Part shown: positions 41,532 to 54,156 of the stretch, piece after piece | Position numbering within the stretch: the first letter of the stretch is position 1 | Layout: the number at the start of each line of letters is the position of its first letter | Assembly (NCBI GenBank): GCA_012295275.1 | Contig: CM022667.1 | Coordinates: 3,596,001-3,660,000, forward strand | Direction: 5' to 3' | DNA from: Chrysomallon squamiferum | Taxonomy: Eukaryota > Animalia > Mollusca | DNA: 64,000 bases | Made by a program: the position numbers and the translations under genes | Notes under the pieces: model-generated | Told to the model about the DNA's origin: nothing | What the model saw: only the letters and a program-made list of their open reading frames with translations | The model's database searches: none

Positions 41532-42504
41532 GGAGATGAATAAGAAGAAAAATAGGAAGAATTTAAAAAAAAAAAAAAGATGAGATTAATCTTAAGTCAG
41601 AATAAATAATGCGGCAGGGTGTAAAATGAGAAGGTATTTCTGTGGCTGGAATCCATGTTTACTTTATCAGCACATTATTCGCTTTGTTTGGCTCGTCCTC
41701 AAGGTAAGCAACATAACAAAAATGTACAAGTTTATATTCCTGCGAGAGGAGAGGAGAGGAGAGGAGGGTAGGGGGGTTGCTGAGTGCGTTGACAGGTCTG
41801 GTGAAATTTGCTCCGAACAAACACGGTGTTGATCCGCTAAGGAAATCTGGATGAGCCTCTTGTCGCAAAGCCAGGGCGGTAATCCGTCTGTCTTTGGACG
41901 AATACCTGGCTATCTACCTGCGGAAACAAAGACGTCACCTTTAAACGAGGGGGGAAAAAAAAAGTTACTACAAAGTTTGGACCTCGAAATCCTTGATCAT
42001 ACAGACAGACTAACAGACAGGTGATAATCAACTCAAATGTTAATCAGGATGTGTTTTTTTTTTTAAAAAAAAAAAAAAAAAAACAAATAGTTTTAAAAAT
42101 AAATCTGTGAAGTTATAGACAAACAGACTTTACACACAGGTGATATGTTAAAATTAGAGTTTATTTTTGAAAAAAAAAAATACAAATTTTTGAAAAATAA
42201 ATCTGAAAATGCAGAGACATGATGTTATGAACTGGCCTGCAACTTGTTTCAATTTCCCATTCCAAACAGTCTCTCTTTCACGCATCTCGAATTGTCAGGC
42301 CAGATTTGAGTTCATTAGCGCAGATTATTTATTTTACCCGTGTTCCTCCACTTTGTGTTATTGTTGCTACAGCTGTGTTGTAACAATGCATAAAAAATCT
42401 TTAACTGAAAAACAAACATGCAATGTTGTGATATCTCGATATTAGAACAAAAAACAAATTCATACACGTGTGACTTGTATTACACGCCTGTCTGCGTAAT
42501 GTTA

Positions 42505-42790
42505 AACTGTGTCATTCAAAACTGTGTCATTCAAGTCTATCTTACAAGACTGTGTCATATAAGACTGTATCACCACAGGATTATGTCATAAAAAAAACAA
42601 AAAAAAAAAAAAAACTATGTCATACAAGAAATTGTCATATAACACTATGTCGTACAAAACTGTATCATACAGGACTATGTCATTAAAAAAGAACTATGAA
42701 ATACAAGACTATGTCATACAAGAATTTGTCATATAAGAATTTGTCTTATGAGAATTTGTCATATTAGAATTTTTTTGTCATATGAGACAT
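42505..42790. repeat. Degenerate ~15 bp tandem repeat (ACTATGTCATACAAG)
   Basis: TGTCAT recurs at ~15 bp spacing. Confidence 0.8.
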
Positions 42791-43591
42791 CTGTTAACAG
42801 GTAATTAGGTCACTAATGAAATCTGACCCAATTAAAATACATCTTTCCTTTTAACCTGCTGTCACATTGTTTGATGGGCTAACATCTGCTAATAAAGATT
42901 TCAGTGATAATTCGTAGTTGTGGTCAGAATTGATTACAAAGGGATTGGTTACCTTTTCAGATCAGTTGCTGTGTGGTACAGAAAGTTCAATTAAAATTTT
43001 TTTTTTTTTTTCATTTCATTTTTATACATTTTTTTAATTTCTTTTTCATTACGATTCAGAATATAATTATTTTATTTCATTTTCTTTTTTTCCATTTCTT
43101 TTATTATTATTATTTTTTTTATTTTTTTTTTATTTACCTTTTTTGTTGTTGTTAATTCAAAAAAAAGGATTTTTTTTTTTTTTTTAATTATTAATCTTTA
43201 TTATTTAATTATTTTCCTTACATTTTTTTTTTATATTGAAAATGGTGATTTAAAATAATTTTGAATATTAACAATATAAAAAAAATATATTTTTAAATAT
43301 TAAACAGTTTTGGGTGGTTTTATAATTTTCTTTTAAAAGTTAGTTTTTTTTTTTTATATTTATTATTATTTTAAATCATGAAGGAATTTTTCTCCTATCG
43401 CCTTCGTATCATTAACAGCCAAGTTACAGATGATGAAGCCTGCACTTTCCTCCCAGTTAATCTCACAAAGATAATCTTCCCTCTGTCTATTTTTTTTTTT
43501 TTTAACTGGAGACAAAGAATTCATGCAATGAGAAAACACGTCTTTTATAAGTTAACAATATCGTCGAAGATCTCCAGCGACGGAGGCAAGG

Positions 43592-43622
<31 letters not shown>

Positions 43623-45279
43623 CTAAACTTTCCTGTGTTCATCGAGGATTAAAGCATTGTGGTGTTTGTAGTGGACAGCAGAACAACGTCGCCAGAATTC
43701 CGAGAACAATGCAAAAATTGCTGGCATCCCCGAAGCCAAGTTGTAACATGCCTGTCGCGACGAGTTCTCCAATCAGAAAACACCTTACTCGGTCCGTGAT
43801 TGAATTTCTCCCAGTCCGATCAATTCGAAGGTGTCGCAGAATGCGTTTGAAGTCGAGGGAAAAGCACACACAGAGCGATTATTTGTTCACGGTGGTCAGA
43901 CAACAACAGCAACTCAGATAATCTGCTGTTCTTTTTTCAGATTCTTAATTTTTTTTCCCCCGTTTGTCCAGTTTCCCCTCCTCACTTCTCAGTGAGAACA
44001 AAACAAAAATGTTTTTAGAAGAAAAGATCATCCCATTGTTTCCATTCAAGTGTCCCAGACAATGTACTCTGTTTGTCTGACTTGAAGTCAAAAACTGGTT
44101 TCCTTTCAAGACAAAGACGATCCGTAAAAGTGATTTGAATAATTTGTAAGGTGTGTTATTCAGCACTCATTTATATTTTAAATATATAAAGAAGTTTATA
44201 AACACGTCACACATGTTTAAATACATTTTAACTCAGGTACATACATGCACATACTTACAAATAAATACATAAAGGTCACACATTCATACACATACACACA
44301 AATACACAAATACTCGCATGCAATACATTAAAAATACACATCCATGCACACAAAAATGTCCAGTCACAATAGAAATAATAACCCACCCAGGCCACTCAGA
44401 CGTAAGTACAGACAGACTGACAGTGCAGAATTAGCAGATTACAAGCTGTGAGCCCATACAAAGCCTGTTTATACCTGGTTCAAGTGAAACATTCGGTGAA
44501 AAGGAAAAAATCACAGACGATTTCTGAATGAGTCTATTCAGTAGAAAAAAAAAAAAACTTAGAAAGTAGTGGTTGTTGTGATTTGCTGGTTAAGTAGTCA
44601 GCTGAAGAAAAACATATATCAATGGATCAGCTCTTCCTTGTGTACCTCTGTTACAATTTCCCATTCTAACTAGACAGTGCAGTCTCGCTTGATGAGTTAC
44701 TGTTTCTGGTTCAGTGGTTAAGGTTTTTGTTAAAGAATGTAAAGTATCCAAATACGCGAATATTCATTGCTGTGGTTTTTGAAAGTATTTGTTAGTCAAA
44801 GTCATAGAGTGTGACAGTTCCTTGAAAGGTATAATAATGTAATTATGGCTGTTAAAGATTCATTATATTTATGATAAATACATCATGCATTAACCAGTAT
44901 GACAGCACCTTTAGAACCTTACAATACTACTATCTAAACAAATATGTTTCTTTTATTATATATTTTTTTTTTCGAATGTTAACCTGTGTGACAGAACCTT
45001 TAGAACATCACAGTACTGCTGTCCAAACGAAGACTGTTGTTTATTATATTTAAGCAATGTTAACATTTTAATGGCTATAACTTTAAGCAACGTGCATTAT
45101 TAATCAGTGTGACAGGACCTTTAGTATATCACAATGCAGTGCTGCTATCTAAACACAAAGATTTTTCTTTATTATCTTTAATCAATATTAACATTTAATG
45201 CTATTTAGCATAATTAATATTAACACACACATCTGCTTCAGTCTGATGTTAACCAGACTCATAACTGTGAAAAACTGTA

Positions 45280-45570
45280 AAAAACCGGGGCTGGCTGCGC
45301 AAGCGATGTAGTAGTACTACTACTACGTACAACATCATTGCTGTTGGCAGCGTGGGTGTTCCTTTCCCGATAAGCCAGCAGAAGCCAGGGTCAGTGAGGG
45401 TCCTGAAAATCTCTGCGGGTCAAAGGTCGCGCCGATAAGACAAGACTTGTTGGCTTCTTCCTGGAAGACTGGGAAGAAGTCTCTGCTCGACTGTTATCTC
45501 ATTCTGGCAGTTAGCAAGTCGCTTGATGGCGTAATGAAATTTCTTTCATCATTGCTCACTGATTACAGAT
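45280..45570. promoter_or_regulatory. Candidate intronic enhancer with nuclear-receptor direct repeats and GATA sites
   Basis: GGGTCA-A-AGGTCG (DR1, 45417-45429), GGGTCA-gtga-GGGTCC (DR4, 45388-45403), CGATAAG twice and TTATCT. Confidence 0.45.
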
Positions 45571-45916
45571 TGCAGTTTTGTTTTTCACCTCCTTCGAAAG
45601 AATCATAACCTACATTTTTTTTTTTATAAATAAATAAATAAAAAAAAAATATTTAATGAAATAGAAATAAAATTTCAGAAATGAAAATTATGAAAATAAA
45701 TAAGTAATCAAGGATGAAGGAGTTTAAAAAAAAATGAAAGAATAGTGTTAAAAGATGATGATATTTCGACTTGGGTGGGTTATTTGTATCTGTGTGTTGA
45801 ATGATGTTTCATATATGTTTGTTTGGTTTTTTTGGTTTTATTTACAAACAAATTTAAAAGTGCAGTGATAATGTGTCTGTGTTTGTTATGTATACCTGTC
45901 TGTGTGTGTGTTTGTG

Positions 45917-45960
<44 letters not shown>

Positions 45961-47274
45961 TTTGTGTTTCTGTGTGTGTGTCTGTGTTTGTTTGAATGTT
46001 TGAATATAAGTGTTATTAGATTGTATATTCCTATTTACTAACAGAAAAGAAAAATCTTTGCTATTAATATATTCGTTGATTTTTTTCAATATTTTTTTTT
46101 TCTTCACACTTCACTTGTTAAGTGCATTCTAGATAAGAAACATGATTAAAAACATGCTGATGTAATCCTGAAAATAAGAAAAAAATAAAATAATAATACT
46201 ATTCTGTTTGATTAAAAAAATCTACTCCATTATGTAACAGTTGAGTGAAAAACCTTTTGTAGATTTTAAAATGCACATCATAATTATTATTCGAAACTCC
46301 TCTACTATATTTCACTGTCATATTACAGGACATAAAACTTGGGTTGTCTACGGTTTTCATATCTAGTGTGACACATGGGTGTAAATAATCTTTGTGTATT
46401 GTTTTGTTGGAAAAATAAAATCGGATAGGTTATAAAATTACTCATATCATTAGCATTATTGTAATGCAAATGGAAATAAAAGTTTGTTTCTGTTATATAT
46501 ATTATATGACACCTGGGTGTAAAAAAAATTCTATCTATTTTCTTTCATTTTATAATTTAAAAATGAAAAAAAAAAAAAAAAAAAAAATAAAAAAATAGGT
46601 AAAAATTAATTAAGGTAGCAAAGAAAAAATGAAAAATAATAATAGTGTATTTTTAAAAACTTTTGTTCAATTTTTATTATGTATTATTATTTTTTTTTTT
46701 TTTTTTTATTATTATTCTTGTCTAGAAATACAAATTTGGCTGTTAAATATGAGATGAAAATTTTATATATTGGTTCTTTTAACTTTTTAAAATTTTATTT
46801 ATTTATTTATTTATTTATTTTATTTATTTATTTGTTTATTTATACAGTATTTTTTAATTTTCTTTTCTTTTTCTTTTTATTATTTTTTTAAAATTATATA
46901 TATTATATATATATTAGTAGTAGTAGTAGTATTTTACTTTAGAGGGTTTTTGGTACTAAAAACAATGACAAATTTTGCATTAAACCAATTTTGAAAATAA
47001 AAATTTGTGTTATTAAAGTTCAGTGAAAAATAATGTTTGCATAAATTTTTATTTAGATGCATATTTTTTCAAGCATAAAAACATTTAAGCATTTATTACC
47101 AGTAATATAATAATAATAAAACCATCTACATTATTTTTATTTTTATTTTTTATAATTTTATCTTATTACTGTTGGTTTTTTTTTTTTGGGGGGTTGCATG
47201 TTTTTGCAAATGGAAAGCTTAGGTAAGGTTTTACAATAAGATATATGAAGGTTTTCAGTAAAATTGATAGTTTA

Positions 47275-47652
47275 TGATATGGGAAATTTCAGGTATGACA
47301 TTTCAGTTGATATAAGTATGATATGGGACATTTCAGTATGGCATTTCAGTTGATATAAAAGTATGATATGAGACATTTCAGTATGGCATTTCAGTTGATA
47401 TAAAAGTATGATGTGAGACATTTCAGTATGGCATTTCAGTTGATATAAAAGTATGATATGAGACATTTCAGTATGGCATTTCAGTTGATATAAAAGTATG
47501 ATATGAGGCATTTCAGAATGGCATTTCAGTTGATATAAAAGTATGATATGGGACATTTCAGTATGGCATTTCAGTTGATATAAAAGTATGATATGGGACA
47601 TTTCAGAATGGCATTTCAGTTGATATAAAAGTATGATATGGGATATTTCAGT
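47275..47652. repeat. Minisatellite, about 8 copies of a 45 bp unit (GACATTTCAGTATGGCATTTCAGTTGATATAAAAGTATGATATGG)
   Basis: Near-identical tandem copies; ORF 47272-47601 shows the matching 15-aa period. Confidence 0.95.
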
Positions 47653-49034
47653 TTGATGTGGGTAATTTCGGCATGAGATTTCAAATCGGTGTTAAATATC
47701 ATAACTCAGAACTTTTCACTGGGGATCAGTACCAAAAAGTGAACATGTATGTGACATAGTGAAAACAAGAGAATCTATATGGAGGACCCAGTATCACAGA
47801 AGAAAGGTAGGTGATGTGGGAACAGGTTTTTTAAACAAAGTAGCTTTATGGTTGTTACAGTATATCAGTGGGAAGGTATATGATAATATAGGAACACATT
47901 AAAACAAGGAAATTTGATGGTGAGTTCATATCACAGAGGAAAAGTGAATGATACTGTAAAGACACGTTAATACAAGGGAACTTCAAACAACATCACAGAA
48001 AAAAACAATTGTGATGATGCAGCAACCATTTAAAAACAAGATCTTTATGGTTTGTGCAGTATCATAAAGGTTTTTTTTTACTGGGCAAACATTAAAACAT
48101 GGGAACTTTATGGGAGGTACAGAAACAAAGAAAAAAAAACAACAAAAATAATTACCAAAAAAAGAGGAATAAATCTGGATATGTCATTTTGGGATTTTGC
48201 AAGTTAAACAAAGAAAGTTTATTTATTACTCACTGATCTGAGACTGACAGTGAAAGACACACCTATTTATAGGTGGAGTATTGACTGTAGTAGCACTTTG
48301 CCCCTGGGGGCTATAACATTTCTGATAGGCCACAGACCTCCCCCTGCCCCCCCCCCCCCGACTACTCTACCAACTTGTGATATTTTCATTATGCACCTGG
48401 TTTTGCACTCAAACTGACATCAGTTTCGGTTTTGTGCAGGGTCGTGTTTACGCTGTGTTTTGAAAACAAACAGTTTCATACCTGTAGCTCTGCAGAGGTA
48501 TTTTAATTACATTATTTTGTGTTAATGGCTTTCTGTTGTACAGTTCAAACGAAACTTGTGCGGATGTAATGTACACTATAAATAATGTATATATTATGTT
48601 CATTCATTTTTATTTTCGTTCATTCTTTGATTATACACTCAGCACACACATCTTGAAACACACAATTACTCACCAGCACACAGATATACAGACACAGACA
48701 CAGACACAGTAACACACATATAGACATACACACAAAGGTGGACATTTGAATCATAATTTAAATTTAGTTTTTTCTTGTTTAGTAATTCAAAAAATAAAGC
48801 AGAAATAAGAAGATATTCCTTTGGCTTCATTCGCCATCAAAAACAAAGACACAACAGCAAAAACTTGATGAGTTATTAAAAAAAACACAAAAAAAAACAA
48901 CTAATATCTCAACATCTTTGACATAAAACTCATTAACTGTTTTTCCACCATCTTGCCTTGCAATTAAAATTCAGGATAAATAATGTACGTTTAAAAAAAA
49001 AAATAATAATAATTTGATGGATCTAAAGATACAT

Positions 49035-49076
<42 letters not shown>

Positions 49077-49239
49077 TATTAATTTCTTATTAAGCCTTTT
49101 CAAGTTAAAAACAAGACCAAACAAATTTTTTTTCACAATTTTAAAAAATAATAATAATAATAATAATAGCAGCAGCAGCTGCTGCTATGCTAGATGTTCT
49201 CTTTTAATTGACAGTATAAATTTGTGACAAGAGAAACTC

Positions 49240-50480
49240 TTCTAATTTGTCCTGTTCACTAAAAAACTCGGGGCTCGCCAGGAAAGTGAGCCCATCGTGA
49301 CACAAGCTAATGAATCAATGGCGTTTTATGGATCGGTTTAGGACCCGGGCTGCTCAGTTTCGTCCGCGCAGGATCTTTTAATTGGTGTAATTAAACTCGG
49401 TGGAAACACAACCTTTCTGCTCGTGCCCAGAGCCTAGCGCACATTCTTCGCTCCTTCCATCAAGTGCAGTACGACATCAAATTAATCTGCCAAAGCATTT
49501 TTCTGCAATCAATATTTTTGCTCGCTAATTACGACACTACTACCCCTGTCTCCTTGGAAATGTCTCAGCGCCGGCTGCTAGATGCACAAGTTCTTGCATG
49601 AAACGAGGCCTGTGACAAATTTGAGACCTCGAGACAACCGACAACAGAGAGAAAAAATTTAAAAAAAAAAAATCTTAAAAATAAAAAATAAAAATAAAGA
49701 AGAAATAGATTTAGGGAGAAGGTGTAGCAGAAGAATAAAAAAAAATAAAAAATAAAAATAAAAAAATTATTATAGGGGGAGGGGGAATGTATGCTGAAAT
49801 GACACATGTATGCATGTATGTAGTAGTAGTTGTAGTTGTGTAATCTGTCGCGCGGGGTCATGACAAACGAAAGGAAGACAACGTAGATCAGTCATTAGCC
49901 CCGAACCAGCTCTCGTGTTCATCAGGTCACGGAATGCTCCGAAATAATGGCTGCAACTCTGACCCATTTCCCTCGCCAAGCATATGATACACACACATCA
50001 TATACGAATCCAATTGATTTTGTTACATTGCCCTATTATTGCCGTCGTCTTCGTATTGATCGATGCCGCGCGGCACAACTCGCCTCTTAGGGGATTAAGA
50101 CAGTTATCTAATATCAAATGCCGCTGGAATTTGACTGGTCCACTGTAAAGAATATGTGAGAATGAAGAAGAAGAAGAAAAAAAAGAAGAAAAAATTATTA
50201 TTTTTCTTGCCAATGAAAAACCAAAATGGCTGTCGAACCCCATATGGAGAAGAGGAGAATTTTTTTTTTTTTTTTTTTTTATTATTTTTTTTATTGTTCT
50301 TTTTCTAGCTGAAAGGTCAAGTAGTGACCAATGCCCAGTGCACACAGGAGCCGGTCTTTTCAATGGTGTTGTGTTACCAGGCATGAAAACACTTGCTGTT
50401 GTCTGAATGTTAATTCATTGATAGGCCCGCCCATCATCTGGGTCTGATTCGCTTCCTAGACTTAACTAGTGTCAGTGCGA
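49240..50480. promoter_or_regulatory. Pair of candidate intronic enhancers rich in homeodomain and Pbx-type motifs
   Basis: Two CpG-rich islands (49240-49640 and 49840-50480) with ATGAATCA, TTTTATGG, TAATTGG, CAATCAA and GGGATTAA. Confidence 0.4.
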
Positions 50481-52238
50481 TCTTAATAGTAATAATAGTA
50501 ATAATAATAATCATAATAATAATAGATTTATAAATAAACTACTGTAAATGTATTTTGCTATTTTTAAAATCTTTTTTATTATATGTACCTCTTCCTTTCT
50601 ATATACTGTTTTATTTTTATTTTTTATATTCTTTATTTGTATTTTTTTTTTTAATCTTATTAATGTAATATGTATATTTAAACTGACTCATAGGGCTTTA
50701 AAAAAGAAAATGTTCTCCTGAGTTTTATTTTATGTTTTTCTTTCTGTTAACATAAATAAATGTACTTCGCTTTTAATTCAAATGGAGTTATTTAAGGCTC
50801 ATTCTTTGGAGCATTTTTCTACTAGCTGTTGTAAATGCGTTTTTCATAAAAGAAAATGATTTTTTTAAAACATTCTAAATTTTTTAAAATATTTTTTTAG
50901 TTTTTGGGGGGTTTTAAATTACTATGACAAAACTATCCGGGAAGTTGTTTTTGACAACAACTGTTGTTAATTTGTTAGCAGAAAACTTCAGATAAAACGA
51001 ATAATAATTACATCCTTCTTATTTTTGTACAAGAAGCTGAATGTAATCTATATAACAGAATACTTTTGTGTTTTTTAATCTCTGAATTTTTCTCTTAGCC
51101 TGTACAGCAGAAGAAGTTTTGTATAAAATAAAATAATATAATTACTGTTTTATTAATATGTTTGTTTTAAAAGAAAGAAAAAAAATAAACATTTGAAGAG
51201 GAAGAATAATTTAAAAATAGTTCTTCCATTAACTTTAAATGTTTATACAATCTGAAATATTATTTATTAATGAAGAAGAAACAAAAATAAATGATAAAAA
51301 GTATTTAATAAGACAACCTCAGAAATAGTTTGGTTATAAACACGTTTATCTTTTATTAAAACCTTTTTTGAAATTCTTTTTTTTTTTTGGTCTAATTTAA
51401 ATTAAATATATTTCTATTTTCATATCGTATTGTTCTATTAATAACGTTACTTCAGAATAAGAATGTGTTTAATTAAAAAATAAAAATGTGTTTATAAATA
51501 TATCATATTTTCGTCGAAACTGAAGATATGAACACAACACATGATAAAGAATTGCAAGACCTTAAACACTTCGTTTTTTAATTTTTTATTTCTTTCTTCT
51601 TTTTATGCGATAACAAGCAATTTGATGTTTTCTTCTATCACAAAAACTGACATGTTAAATAATTTTATGAGAAGAAAAAAAAACACCAAACCCCTGAAAA
51701 CCGAATCCCGTAACCATGACGACTGATTAGCAAGTCGGCCTGATTGCTTGGTAATATTTTTACTGGATGTGTATCAGAAGACGTTTTAGAAGATAATGTT
51801 TTAAATATACTTCACAATCACACGAGAGGTTTGTTGTGCTGTATCACTACTGTGAGGTGCCTGCCATTAGCTAAATAAATAACACATGTCGGTTATCGCA
51901 AAACCTCATCAAAAGAATTTTTTTTTTTCATTTTTTTTTTATTACGAATGGTCATAACGTGTATCTAAAGTTTACACTTGTTCTTTTTGACGGAGAAGGA
52001 GAGAAATAAGTTTGGTGTTTTTTTGTTTGTTATTGTGTTTTTGGGGAGTTTTTTAATTTTCTGTTTTGATGTTGAAAAGTGAAATAAATAGATAAATAAT
52101 AGCATGTAATAGACACTGTTATAGATTATAAAGATGTTTTGCTTATATATATATAAATAAATTTACATATATTTATACACATACACATGCAAACACACAT
52201 TCATAGACACCTGTGCATGCTTGTGCACAAGCAGACAT

Positions 52239-52239
<1 letters not shown>

Positions 52240-52329
<90 letters not shown>
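52240..52329. repeat. (CA)n microsatellite
   Basis: Seen directly in the sequence. Confidence 0.95.
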
Positions 52330-52331
<2 letters not shown>

Positions 52332-53603
52332 CACACATACAAAGATGCACTAACATTTCAAAGTTCTTTTTCTTTTTACTTTTTTTCACTTTTTTCTTCT
52401 TCTTTTTTTTTTTTTCTTCTTAACAAAGTCATTTATTTTGTATGATGCTATTTTTATGGGCATGTCTACAAGCTTGAATTGTGGTAACCAAGTTTAACTA
52501 AGACTTTTTTATTCTGTTTTTTTTTAAAATTTTTAAGACTGAGTATCAGACATTGAGAGCTTGTAATGACTGTCAGAAATACAGACACACAGATTTAAAA
52601 CAGAAAACTAAGAAATATTTAGAACTGAAATATTGTTTTTTTTGTGTGTGTGTTTTTTAACCTGTCTCCTAATTAAATTCATGCACAACAGCTGTAAAGT
52701 AGTTGTTTTTTAATATACAAAGTGTAAAATGCTTGTTTTATGTTCTAAGACATTTCAGTGCTGTTAGAGTTTTTTTTTTTTTTTTTTTTTGATGGGTTTT
52801 GTCATAGGTGTAGAAAGGTTAAAGAAGGGTTGTAAAAGGGTTTAATACTTTATTCTTCTCAAATGTTAAAAATTGTTACCTGATATCTTCACGATTTTCC
52901 GACTTGCCAATTTGTGGAAAAACAGCTTTATGTTCTGTCAACAGATGTTTTGTCCAGTAAAAGTTTTTTGAAGGTTTATAGAAAGTTTTTACTCTTCTCA
53001 AATGTTAGAAATTGTTACCTTACATCATCAGGGATTTTTTCTGTTTATGCCAATTTGTTTACCATGAGAAATGTTTCTATTAATGAAGTTGTCTTTTTTC
53101 TTTTCTTTTTTTTTTTTTTTTTGATTTTTTTTTATATATCAGTGTTATTAAAGGGTTTATTCTTTTCAAATGTTACAAAATTGCATCACCTGATATCTCT
53201 GCATTTTGTTTTGCCTGCCAATTTTGGTATAGCTGCTTTACATTTTATCAATACACATTTTTACTGAGTAATATTTTTTTTAAAGGTTTTTTTTGTCAGG
53301 GTTAAAGAAGATTTGATAGGTTTAATTTTTTTTTAATTATTTTTACACAAGTTTTTGATGTACCAGTGTTGAGTTGTACCAAAACTCATCTTTGTATTTG
53401 GTTTAAATGGAAAGGTGGTTTTTTGTTGTTTTTTCAGAAGAAATTTAAATAAACTTGTCTAATAATGTATATCCCAGAAAGCTTTATGAAAAACTGTCTT
53501 TCCAGTTACCTGTAAGATTTTTTTTAATCAGTTTTTACCTGTGTATGTTTTTACCAATAATCTGTACTAATTCTGAATTGGCACTGATTAATTGTTTTGT
53601 TTC

Positions 53604-53634
<31 letters not shown>

Positions 53635-53787
53635 TTGTTTTGTTGGGGTTTTTCATAAGGTTTCAGACAGAATTTTCTAACTTTTTAATCACTTACAAAG
53701 TGCTTATTTCAAAATTACCTGTATTTTTACCTGCCAGAGTTTGAAAAAATTTGAAACAAAATTAAAGATATTATAAAAAAAAAAAAA

Positions 53788-53818
<31 letters not shown>

Positions 53819-54082
53819 TGTACCAACAAACCAAGTTAGGCTGTTCCACAAGAGAGGTGTGGAAGAAAGAAATTTTACTTTTGTGTTGAAGGCTTTGTTA
53901 TAATGCACATCACCTTTACAAGTAAGTTTACCTTGCCTGTTTACCTTTCTACAAATTGAGCTGTTTACTCATGTTACCTGATCTTAGTGAACAGGTAAAT
54001 CAAACAGGTTTCTCACTTGTTACTGGTTGTCATGTAAACCTTCTAATTATTTACACTTTTTTAATTTATTATTTTTTTTTTT

Positions 54083-54156
<74 letters not shown>

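Noticed and set aside
47272-47601. ORF encoding 15-aa repeats
   Set aside because: It is the translation of a 45-bp minisatellite, with no splice or homology support.
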